Source: Candidatus Daviesbacteria bacterium
GTDB lineage: Bacteria > Patescibacteriota > Microgenomatia > Daviesbacterales > UBA10151
NCBI GenBank assembly: GCA_016176405.1
Contig: JACOXG010000010.1
Location: 33,078 to 97,077 of the forward strand
Direction of reading: 5' to 3'
Length of the DNA stretch: 64,000 nt
The notes under the pieces are model-generated. The model did no database searches. It had not been told where the DNA came from and worked only from the letters and a program-made list of their open reading frames with translations. The position numbers were made by a program, and so were the translations under genes. Of this stretch, positions 29,869 through 38,513 are shown piece by piece; positions within the stretch are counted from its first letter, which is position 1; the number at the start of each line of letters is the position of its first letter.

Positions 29869-30619
29869 GTTAGATTTATTAAAGGACTTTTTAGAGAAAC
29901 AACAGCTTGGGCTTGTCCCAAAGAAAGTTCCTGTTCACTTACAAACTGGTAAGGTTACTGAGGCAATCAGATGGGTAAAACCTCAGCACGATACAGATTT
30001 ACGAGAAATTGACAGACTGAAGAAGATTTCAGATAAGCATGAATTAATGTATGAGTTAGAAAAAGCATCAAATAATGTTTTGCAAGCTTTTATGCATGAT
30101 AATCGCGACATTATAAGACATGTTGTGGCGGCATATATTTTGAAAGATTCTGTAGGAAAAGTTTTTGACGGGGATATTATTTTTCATGGAAATTTAATAG
30201 GGGAAGATATTGACATTCCTTATGAATATAATATATCTGACAAAAGTCTAAATTTGGAGTATGTCAAAGTACATAAAGCTCTTACTAGGCAGATTTTAGA
30301 TATTGCTTTTCCAGACACAAATATATTTGTGTTATATCGTGGGACAAGCGAAATAAAAGATATAGACAAATTAGCTAATGGTGATAGAATCAAAATTACC
30401 CAGAATCCGATTAGTAGCTGGACATTAAAGAAAAGTGTGGCCCGAAACTTTGCTTTGGAGGCTGGGGCTAACGGAAAATTGCTTAAAACAATTGTAAATA
30501 AAGATGAAATCTGGTCAACATTTGCGACACATGCCTATAAGGGCAATGAAACAGAAATACTATTAATAAACAGAAAGGGAGGTAGGGAAGTAGAGAATAT
30601 AGGTATTTACAGTGAATAA
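29861..30619 (+). CDS. Putative ADP-ribosyltransferase with N-terminal LEKQ..LVPKKVP motif
   Basis: LYRG, ISSWT...A..F, ETE. Confidence 0.72.
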   Translation: MNKLDLLKDFLEKQQLGLVPKKVPVHLQTGKVTEAIRWVKPQHDTDLREIDRLKKISDKHELMYELEKASNNVLQAFMHDNRDIIRHVVAAYILKDSVGKVFDGDIIFHGNLIGEDIDIPYEYNISDKSLNLEYVKVHKALTRQILDIAFPDTNIFVLYRGTSEIKDIDKLANGDRIKITQNPISSWTLKKSVARNFALEAGANGKLLKTIVNKDEIWSTFATHAYKGNETEILLINRKGGREVENIGIYSE

Positions 30620-30920
30620 GCAACTCATCAATTTAGACAATTCAATAGAGAATTCAGACTGGATAAAAAAGATTAAAGATAATATCGGTCTTGAAAAGCA
30701 ATCAGAAAAATCGTCCCCTAGTGAACTTGATGCATTAAGTATGTCAATAGATGTATCTACAAGGAAATATCTATTGGAATTGCTTGACTATAAAAAGCAG
30801 ATTAAAGAACAACTAAAGAATTCTGATAATGATGTATTGTATCAGCGACAGTTAAAGGACGCATTGGAAATCATAGATAATAATATAAATCGCATAAGGT
30901 TTGATGGAATACTAGATTAA
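30612..30920 (+). CDS. Hypothetical protein
   Basis: Overlaps ART stop; NSDWIK and LEKQ motifs. Confidence 0.55.
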   Translation: MNKQLINLDNSIENSDWIKKIKDNIGLEKQSEKSSPSELDALSMSIDVSTRKYLLELLDYKKQIKEQLKNSDNDVLYQRQLKDALEIIDNNINRIRFDGILD

Positions 30921-31447
30921 TGCCAGTCAATATTGAAAAACAGCAAGGCTTAAAGATTCCACACAAGGTATGGGTGTATCCAAAGACTGGCGGGAAGCCG
31001 TTTATGACCACAAGGTGGAGGAATATTCCTGTAAATTATTATACTGGAGATCTTAAATTCGTTGATAGCAAAGAATATACAGGAGACTTACAGAATGTAT
31101 ATAAGCAATGGATAAAGTTTCTGCAAGGCTACCAAGGGCAATATAGAAAAATGCTTCCAGTAATTGCACTGCAAGAAATATTATCCAAAAATAGCAATGG
31201 TCTATTAGCTGTGTCTCATAATAGAATAGTAGGAATAGCGACATATACTAAAGACAATCAGATTTCTATAATAAGTTCTTCCCTATTTGAGATGGATACC
31301 CCAATAGAATCATTTCTGGTTAGTTCTTTGAAACAAGAATTGAAAAATAGAAATATATTAGTTGATGAGCCAGATGCTATGTCAGATTCAGAGAATAATT
31401 TTGATGATTTTGTGGATTCTGTGCATTTTGTAGATGGAAATGAATAA
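30920..31447 (+). CDS. Hypothetical protein with variant N-terminal targeting-like motif
   Basis: IEKQQGLKIPHKVWVYPKTG...TRW. Confidence 0.6.
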   Translation: MPVNIEKQQGLKIPHKVWVYPKTGGKPFMTTRWRNIPVNYYTGDLKFVDSKEYTGDLQNVYKQWIKFLQGYQGQYRKMLPVIALQEILSKNSNGLLAVSHNRIVGIATYTKDNQISIISSSLFEMDTPIESFLVSSLKQELKNRNILVDEPDAMSDSENNFDDFVDSVHFVDGNE

Positions 31448-33617
31448 ACTAGATTTATTAAATGATTTTCTAGAAAAGGCTCGTGTCTATCTTCAGCCTG
31501 GAGAAAAGCCTCCTGAGAATGTTCAAGTTTATCAAGGAAAGAGAGGGGGCAAGTACTATCTTTCTAGGACTGGGCTTGCTGAGAAATGGTACTCAAAGCC
31601 AAAACAAAAGTTTGGCGCATTAGCAGAACAAGATTATCCTACACTAGAGTCTAGGAAACAAGTGTTATTAACATTTGTTCCGCCAATGTATAGAGATAAG
31701 AAAGTTACTTTTAATCCAAAATTATTAAAATCTTCAAATCCTAAAATGCTGTCTGCTGCCAAAGAATGGCTGGTGAAGTGGGTGGCAAAAGACGGTAAAG
31801 AGCAGGTAGCCTATTCACAGAATCACCAAGAAAAGAGTGACATAGAAAAATGGAATCGAATGAAAGTAATGTCTAAAAAGCTACCTTTGATTAGGAAGCT
31901 ATATAATAGTCTATTAGATAGCAAAGAGGAGTCAGATAGAGCTATTGGGGCTATTATTTCATTGTTAGATATTACAGGCTTTAGAATAGGAAAAGAGCAA
32001 TATGCTGAAGAGCATGGTACTTATGGCATTTCTTCCCTTCGCTGCAGCCAAGTTAGATTATTGCCAGACAGCAAAATAGAACTTAATTTCATTGGCAAGA
32101 AAGGAGTCGAGTTCAAAGGAGAAAGATTTATAGTCCCAAATAAAGTTTATAATTTCTTGTCTAGATGCAAATTAAGCTCAAAGAGAATGGATAAGATATT
32201 TCCTGTAGATGAAGGCGATGTATATAAAGTATTATCAGACTTTGGTGTGAGCGCTAAGGATTTCAGGACATATCATGCCAATAGACTATTATTTTCCGAA
32301 TTGATTTCCGGCCCCCAATATAAAGGCAATGAAATAAAGAGAGAAAATAGAGTAAAAGAAATAATAAAGGAAATAGCAGAAAGATTGGGGCATAATTGGA
32401 CTACGTCAAGAAAAGCCTATATGAATCCGTTTATTGTCAGAGCATATTTAGATAAGGAAGATTTATCCGAATTTGGGGCTATTTATAAAGAGGACATCGA
32501 TTTAGAAAAGTCTTATGCTTCTGATAAATGCATGGAATGTAAGATGTCTCCTGTTATTGAACTATTGTGGGCAGAAGGGATGGCTCATGCATGGTTTTGT
32601 GATAAGCACTATAAAGAATTCAAAAAAGAGCACTCAGATGATATATCTTCAGAGCGGGAATTAAAATGGGGAGTTGCCTCAAAACATTGGAAGAACGGGG
32701 TGCCAACAAAAGAGGATGCATTAAAACTAGAAAAAAATGATGCTTATCCCTTAAATCCTGATTCAGAAGAGATGTATAAATGGATTGATGATAATTTAAT
32801 TAAATCAGGATTAGTAATTGGAGGAAAGCAGCCACAAGGAGCAAAGACAATAGGGAGACAAATAGAGCAGAGATTGTATTCTACATTGCAAGTAGCTATT
32901 GACAAGTATTTGTCTAGTTTAACTGGAACTGAGCCAAAAACAGAGGTAATTGAAGGACTGATAGAAGTACTGAAAAAGTGGAAAGAAGTAAATGGCCCAG
33001 TAGCAGATGAAGCATTTGAGAAATTATTTAAGGCAGGATTCCAAGCTGGGACAATGTCAGCTGGAAGAATGGGCACATATGATAAGTTAGCAATGGATAT
33101 AATAAAGAATGGAAAATATAGAATAGGAGAGAGAATAGTCTTATTCGCAGATGATGTAGTAAAGGACTTTGCCAAGATAATTACTAAAGCATATACACCA
33201 GAGGGAATATTTTCATTACAGTCATTAGTCAAGGAGATGAATGAAGCTGTACCAAGTAAGAGAAGCGATTTGGAAAGAATAAGCAGGACTGAAACTTCGA
33301 ATATTAGCAATCTAGGCCGAATTTTTGGCTGGGGAGATGACAAGTATAAATATTTTTATAATTATATCTGGAACAGTAGTCCCGATACAAGACGTAGGGA
33401 AATGAAAAAGATGCGCAGTGAATGGTCGCCTTTGACATTCGATGAAGCTCTGTATCTTTGGACACATAATAAACAGCAATTATCTAATGGGAAGTGGCAA
33501 AATGGAAATATAAATTGTCGTTGTAGTTTGTCTCGAACGCCAAGAGAGGATGAGTATAAAGGAAATAGATTTGAAGGACAGCCAATTTTTGAAAAGACTT
33601 TGGACTTTAGTTTCTAA
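31434..33617 (+). CDS. DNA topoisomerase IB domain fused to MuF/gp7-like head morphogenesis domain
   Basis: GFRIG..Y....TYG, F.GK, KDFRT..AN, LGH...S...Y (TopIB catalytic residues); C-terminal RISRTE...NCRC (MuF). Confidence 0.85.
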   Translation: MEMNKLDLLNDFLEKARVYLQPGEKPPENVQVYQGKRGGKYYLSRTGLAEKWYSKPKQKFGALAEQDYPTLESRKQVLLTFVPPMYRDKKVTFNPKLLKSSNPKMLSAAKEWLVKWVAKDGKEQVAYSQNHQEKSDIEKWNRMKVMSKKLPLIRKLYNSLLDSKEESDRAIGAIISLLDITGFRIGKEQYAEEHGTYGISSLRCSQVRLLPDSKIELNFIGKKGVEFKGERFIVPNKVYNFLSRCKLSSKRMDKIFPVDEGDVYKVLSDFGVSAKDFRTYHANRLLFSELISGPQYKGNEIKRENRVKEIIKEIAERLGHNWTTSRKAYMNPFIVRAYLDKEDLSEFGAIYKEDIDLEKSYASDKCMECKMSPVIELLWAEGMAHAWFCDKHYKEFKKEHSDDISSERELKWGVASKHWKNGVPTKEDALKLEKNDAYPLNPDSEEMYKWIDDNLIKSGLVIGGKQPQGAKTIGRQIEQRLYSTLQVAIDKYLSSLTGTEPKTEVIEGLIEVLKKWKEVNGPVADEAFEKLFKAGFQAGTMSAGRMGTYDKLAMDIIKNGKYRIGERIVLFADDVVKDFAKIITKAYTPEGIFSLQSLVKEMNEAVPSKRSDLERISRTETSNISNLGRIFGWGDDKYKYFYNYIWNSSPDTRRREMKKMRSEWSPLTFDEALYLWTHNKQQLSNGKWQNGNINCRCSLSRTPREDEYKGNRFEGQPIFEKTLDFSF

Positions 33618-33631
33618 GGAGCATAAGCATA

Positions 33632-34978
33632 GTGTTATCATTTGAAAATGTAAGTGAAGAAGTAAAGAAAATAATAGGAGAATGGAGAAAAAAAGGGGTA
33701 ACACAAGATACAATTGTCCAATGGGTCAAGGAGAACATAAGGCCAGAAATTAGTAGAGATGCAATTAGAAAAGTTATTATGGATTATGATGCAGGAATAG
33801 TAAATTCTCCTATTTCTATTTCAGACCAGGTAAAACAAGATATACAGATTAAATCTAGAGAGGCTGAGGCTAATTATTATAAAAGACTTTACAATGAGTC
33901 TATCAAGGAAGCGGCAGAATTTGAGAAAATCATACAAGTAGCAAAGGAAATAACAAATGCTATTCCTGCCGTAAAGGTTCATTATGCTAAGCCTCAAATA
34001 TTAGCCACTTCTCCCCAATCTGTAGTAGCCCCATTATGTGATACTCATATTGGGGAAAAAGTTGACCTGGCCCAAATGGCTGGCTTAAATGAATATAACA
34101 TGGATATTTTCAATAGACGTCTCTATGGTTGGTCAGACCAAGTTGTGAATCTCGTGCAGTTAAGAAAGAAATATGTAGATGTCCCTAAATTATATGTCCC
34201 AATGCTTGGAGATATGATTTCAGGGGATATACATTTAGAATTGACGAGGACTAATCTTGATAATGTAATGGGGCAGATGATTCGTGGGGCTAATTTGATT
34301 GCTCAGGCATTAGTAAATTTATCCCAGCATTTTGATGAAGTCAATGTTCCTTGTGTAGTTGGAAATCACGGTAGAATGACAATAAAACCTCCAGCAAAGG
34401 ATAAATTTGTTGATTGGGACTATTTATTATTCCAATGGGCAGCGGCTTTTTGTAGAAATCAAAAGAATATCAAATTTGAAATTCCTAGAAGCTTTATGCA
34501 CGTCTTTAGTGTAGAAGGGAAGAATGTCCTAATAATGCACGGTGATTCAATAAAGATGTGGCAATCAATCCCAGCCTATGGGATTATTAGGGCTATTAGC
34601 CAACTAAGACAGACATTGCAATTCAGACGTGGTCTTGAAGAAGACATAGAGAAATTAGTCAAGTCAGAAGGCAAGTCTTCTTCTAGTTTTGTGTCTTTGT
34701 TAGCTTCATATTTTGATACAGTTTTGATAGGACATTTTCATACAGTTAGTGAATTTGATATAGGGACAGGAGAAGCATATGTTTGTGGTTGCGTAAAAGG
34801 GGCAGATGAATATGCTTTTGGACGATTGCATCAAGCTAGCAAGCCAAAGCAAATTTTACTATATGCTCATCCCAAGTATGGGTTTATTAGCAAAGATATT
34901 ATTTTCTTAGATAAGTATGATAAGGCTGAAAGAAGTTTTGTAGATTCATTACCAGATGTGTGGGCTGAAAAGATATAA
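33632..34978 (+). CDS. Calcineurin-like metallophosphoesterase with N-terminal HTH
   Basis: DTH, GD, GNHGR, HGD, GHFH. Confidence 0.85.
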   Translation: MLSFENVSEEVKKIIGEWRKKGVTQDTIVQWVKENIRPEISRDAIRKVIMDYDAGIVNSPISISDQVKQDIQIKSREAEANYYKRLYNESIKEAAEFEKIIQVAKEITNAIPAVKVHYAKPQILATSPQSVVAPLCDTHIGEKVDLAQMAGLNEYNMDIFNRRLYGWSDQVVNLVQLRKKYVDVPKLYVPMLGDMISGDIHLELTRTNLDNVMGQMIRGANLIAQALVNLSQHFDEVNVPCVVGNHGRMTIKPPAKDKFVDWDYLLFQWAAAFCRNQKNIKFEIPRSFMHVFSVEGKNVLIMHGDSIKMWQSIPAYGIIRAISQLRQTLQFRRGLEEDIEKLVKSEGKSSSSFVSLLASYFDTVLIGHFHTVSEFDIGTGEAYVCGCVKGADEYAFGRLHQASKPKQILLYAHPKYGFISKDIIFLDKYDKAERSFVDSLPDVWAEKI

Positions 34979-35011
34979 ATCTATAGCAAAAAGATTTATA
35001 ATAATTAGTAT

Positions 35012-35209
35012 ATGCAGCGAAATAATGAGATTCTAGACAGTACATATAGTCTATTAAGTGAGGCTAAGAATGCATTGTTTATGTCATTCAAAAACTTAGA
35101 CAGAAGAAATTTATCTGTTGTATGTGAATGTTTGTATAGAGCAGAGACATTAATAGAGCAAGCAAGAGAGAAATTAGAGGAGGATAATAACGATGATACA
35201 GACAAGTAA
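35012..35209 (+). CDS. Small helical hypothetical protein
   Basis: Member of a coupled ORF chain. Confidence 0.5.
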   Translation: MQRNNEILDSTYSLLSEAKNALFMSFKNLDRRNLSVVCECLYRAETLIEQAREKLEEDNNDDTDK

Positions 35210-35384
35210 TGATCTTAGGCAAGCTGCAATGGATTTATTAAAAGATATTCATAATGAAGCATTGTTAACAGATGTATCAATATACGAGAATAACATAGAA
35301 GAGGCCATATGTAGTTTATATAGGCTGTCTGCCTTTGCTGAAGCTGCAGCAGATTATCTGAAACAAGAACATGATAAAGTATAA
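35193..35384 (+). CDS. Small helical hypothetical protein (similar to 40627..40830)
   Basis: GGAGG RBS; LLKDIHNE and SAFA shared with the 40627 ORF. Confidence 0.55.
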   Translation: MIQTSNDLRQAAMDLLKDIHNEALLTDVSIYENNIEEAICSLYRLSAFAEAAADYLKQEHDKV

Positions 35385-35574
35385 GAAAGAAACAATAGAA
35401 CAAGATGTCATTGATGACATATTGTGTGACTTATGCCAAAATACTACTAGGAAATCCTATAATTTTGAATATGCTAAAATTATTTCCGATTGGGGATATG
35501 AATCCAAAAAAGATAGAGAAGTATGGAACTATATTCTGTGTGAAGATTGTGCAGATAAATTGATAGATTTTTGA
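35371..35574 (+). CDS. Small zinc-binding hypothetical protein
   Basis: CDLC...WGY.S..D...LCEDC. Confidence 0.6.
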   Translation: MIKYKKETIEQDVIDDILCDLCQNTTRKSYNFEYAKIISDWGYESKKDREVWNYILCEDCADKLIDF

Positions 35575-35587
35575 AGTTAAGATAAAA

Positions 35588-36895
35588 ATGCCAATTAGTA
35601 GATCTCAGTTAAACCAGTTAATTTACAAAGCTATCGTGCAAGGTATCCAGCGCAATGGAGACAGAATTTTTAATCAGTCCCAGCAAACTTCTGAATGTTT
35701 TGTACCTGTGGACACGGGCATGTTAAAAAAGTCGGGATATGTGAAGCAACTTTCTAACGGCGTAGAAATTGGCTATATTGCCCCATATGCATGTATTCCA
35801 TACTTGAAACGACAAAAAATAAGGCTTTCTAATGGGGCCCAATTGAATTTAACCAAGCTTAGAATTGGAGATCTAATTGATGATGGATTTGGAAATTCAA
35901 GAGAAGTTATAGCTATTAAAAAGCAACCAAAACAAAAATATAGAATTTTAGAAATTGTTACTGAATCTGGAAAAAAGATTTTGGTAACTGATAATCATAA
36001 AATTTCTATGGGAGGTGATGATTTCAGAGAAGCAAAAAATTTGATTATTGGAGACTCTATTGGTATTGATGATAAATGGGTTAATTCTGTAATAGAGTGT
36101 AAAGTCTGTCATAAAAAAATGAAAGCTATTTCTATTACACATTGTAAAACTCATAGTTTAACTCAAAATGACTACAAGAAATTATATGGGCCTCTAAAAA
36201 ATTGGAAAAGAATTGGCTATAGATCTTGGAATAAGGGACTTAATAAGTTTTCTGATGCTAGAATAGCAAAATATGCTGAAAAATTAATCGAAAATACATC
36301 ATTTAAAAAACCTGAAGTAAAAGAAAAAATGAAGCTAAATCATTGGAGTAAAAGAGGAGGTAAGTCCTGGAATATTGTTAAACGAGTTTATGTTAAATGT
36401 GGGAGTAAAGAATGTAAAAATCTAGTCAAAATATTACTAACTCAAGAAGAATATTATAGGAAACATAAAACATTTTGTTCAAAACTATGCGAATCTAATT
36501 GGAGAGCAATTAGATATTCTGGAGAAGGAAATCCAAGATTTGGAACAAAATGTTCAGCAAAAGGTACTTCTAGGGGCGGCTTTAGAGAAGATCTAGGACA
36601 TTATGTTAGAAGTAGCTGGGAAGCTAATTTTGCTAGGCTGTTAAAATATTCTAATATATCATATTATTATGAAGCTAAACGATTTGACTTGAAAGATGGA
36701 AGAACTTATTGCCCAGATTTTTTAATTCCGTCTCTTAATTGTTATTTAGAACTTAAGGGATATGACGGAGATAATAGATTTGAAAAAGCCAAACAAATTT
36801 ATAGTCAATTGAATTTTATTAAGATTGATGGAAATGTATATAAAGATTTAGAAACTATGTTTAGTAATGTTATTCCATTGTGGGAATATAGATGA
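35588..36895 (+). CDS. N-extein of HK97-gp10/minor-capsid-like protein + split intein N-part + PD-(D/E)XK homing endonuclease
   Basis: VPVDTG.L..S...GY.APYA|C; intein block B TDNH; nuclease RSSWEANFA...Y.PDF...LELKG. Confidence 0.82.
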   Translation: MPISRSQLNQLIYKAIVQGIQRNGDRIFNQSQQTSECFVPVDTGMLKKSGYVKQLSNGVEIGYIAPYACIPYLKRQKIRLSNGAQLNLTKLRIGDLIDDGFGNSREVIAIKKQPKQKYRILEIVTESGKKILVTDNHKISMGGDDFREAKNLIIGDSIGIDDKWVNSVIECKVCHKKMKAISITHCKTHSLTQNDYKKLYGPLKNWKRIGYRSWNKGLNKFSDARIAKYAEKLIENTSFKKPEVKEKMKLNHWSKRGGKSWNIVKRVYVKCGSKECKNLVKILLTQEEYYRKHKTFCSKLCESNWRAIRYSGEGNPRFGTKCSAKGTSRGGFREDLGHYVRSSWEANFARLLKYSNISYYYEAKRFDLKDGRTYCPDFLIPSLNCYLELKGYDGDNRFEKAKQIYSQLNFIKIDGNVYKDLETMFSNVIPLWEYR

Positions 36896-37020
36896 TCACT
36901 GAAAAGATTGTTTCAATCAGAGAATTAGTCCCAAAAAGAGCTACTAAAATTCCAGAAGTTTTTGATATACAAACTTCTGGAGGCGGGACTTTTATTCTGA
37001 ATGGTATTATTGTTCATAAT
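35792..37020 (+). mobile_element. Naturally split intein with embedded endonuclease, spanning two ORFs
   Basis: Cys1 codon at 35792; IntC is the first 43 aa of the next ORF, ending VHN at 37020, followed by Ser+1. Confidence 0.82.
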
Positions 37021-37323
37021 TCAGATGTCGAATTTGGAAAACCTGTACGTCCAATTACGGAAACCCAGGAAGTTTTCGTTAGACGATTTAAGCGTAAAGA
37101 TGGAGTTATTGTAAAAGCTCATACAAAGAAATACATTAATAAAAGACTTATTGGCTTTAGACCAAAATTAAGCAAGTTTGAGAGAGGTGAAAAGATATTT
37201 AGAGTAATAAGTGAAGAGAAAGAGCAAACTGGACAGCACTATTTGGGTCGGGCGTTCCAAAAAGAAATTAAAGAGCTCCCAAAGGACATTGAATTTTTTT
37301 TACGGGAATTAGAGAGGAAATAA
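36892..37323 (+). CDS. Split intein C-part + C-extein of HK97-gp10-like structural protein
   Basis: VFDIQT...FILNGIIVHN|SDVEFG...GQHYLGRA; ATGA overlap with upstream ORF. Confidence 0.82.
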   Translation: MITEKIVSIRELVPKRATKIPEVFDIQTSGGGTFILNGIIVHNSDVEFGKPVRPITETQEVFVRRFKRKDGVIVKAHTKKYINKRLIGFRPKLSKFERGEKIFRVISEEKEQTGQHYLGRAFQKEIKELPKDIEFFLRELERK

Positions 37324-37328
37324 AGAAA

Positions 37329-37526
37329 ATGAAATTGTTATATGGAATTGTAAAGATTAATGAAAAGGGTGAAACTATTTCTCCATCATTTGCATGTTTT
37401 AATGATGAAAAATTTGCTAAAGAAGCATTAGATACGTACTACCAAGACGATTTGGGAATTCAGTTTGTAGAATTTTATGACTCAATCGATGATTTTAAAA
37501 TTCGAAATAAAATAGTTGATGCATAG
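37329..37526 (+). CDS. Hypothetical protein
   Basis: Packed + strand ORF. Confidence 0.5.
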   Translation: MKLLYGIVKINEKGETISPSFACFNDEKFAKEALDTYYQDDLGIQFVEFYDSIDDFKIRNKIVDA

Positions 37527-37558
37527 AAAGGAAATAGAATTTAAGGGAGAAAGATACG

Positions 37559-37762
37559 ATGGCTAATAATGATATTAAAGTAACACCAGATCAGCAATAT
37601 ATTTATGATAGATTTTCTAAATGTATAGGGCAACTTCTGCTCTATATTGAAAGTGCTGTTCCTGGTGAGATGCAATGCAAGTCGTTGAAGAAATTAGTGG
37701 AGAATAGGGTTTATCAGACTAGAGATGAGCTTATAGCTAGATTTGGTGAGGTGAAAGAATAG
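37559..37762 (+). CDS. Hypothetical protein
   Basis: GGGAG RBS, abuts clpP. Confidence 0.6.
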   Translation: MANNDIKVTPDQQYIYDRFSKCIGQLLLYIESAVPGEMQCKSLKKLVENRVYQTRDELIARFGEVKE

Positions 37763-38386
37763 ATGATGAACAATAATTTTATGGGCGGAGAATTGCTACT
37801 CCCAAAACCATTTGAATTAAGACACTCTCAGTCTATACATGCATATTTAGCTAGGGAGCGAATAGTATTTATGTACGGAGCTATTGTAGGCTATCCCCAA
37901 AGAATGGATATATTCAATGCCTCCCAAATTGCTGATACTCTTTTGGTGTTGAATAGAATGGATAAGACCAAACCTATTTGGCTAGTTATTGATAGTGAAG
38001 GAGGCTTTGTAAATGATGGTTTAGGTATATATGATGTTATTAAAACTATAGAAGCTCCTGTATATACAGTAGGAAGATCTTGTTTTAGTATGGCAGCTGT
38101 GCTATTGACTGTTGGAGAAAAAGGGCACAGGTATTTGTACCCTCATTCTAAGGTGATGCTTCATCTTCCACAAGGAAGTTCATCAGGAGATTCTGAGGAA
38201 GTAAAGATTCAAGCAAAGGAGCTAGATAAAGTTAAGGATGTCTTAGTTGACATATTAATAGAAAATGGAGTAACAAAACCACGAGCTAGGATACTGAAAG
38301 ATATAAACAGAGAGCACTGGATGGATACACAAGAAGCAATTGCTTATGGCTTGGCAGACAAAGTTTTGATTAAGGGGCTGCTGTAA
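37763..38386 (+). CDS. clpP: ClpP-like protease
   Basis: IDSEGG, IYD, CFSMA (Ser), MLHLP (His), EAIAYGLAD. Confidence 0.9.
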   Translation: MMNNNFMGGELLLPKPFELRHSQSIHAYLARERIVFMYGAIVGYPQRMDIFNASQIADTLLVLNRMDKTKPIWLVIDSEGGFVNDGLGIYDVIKTIEAPVYTVGRSCFSMAAVLLTVGEKGHRYLYPHSKVMLHLPQGSSSGDSEEVKIQAKELDKVKDVLVDILIENGVTKPRARILKDINREHWMDTQEAIAYGLADKVLIKGLL

Positions 38387-38513
38387 TAGAATGTATTTAA
38401 CTTGTCAAATGTGCGGGCATAAGTCTCATATATCAACTTGGACACGCATATCTGATCAGACATTTTCGTGCCCAAAATGCGGGGCTTATAAATATTTCTT
38501 AGGTAAATAAGCA

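Noticed and set aside
30920-31447. GNAT acetyltransferase call
   Set aside because: Only an IVGIA strand resembles GNAT; no acetyl-CoA binding motif seen
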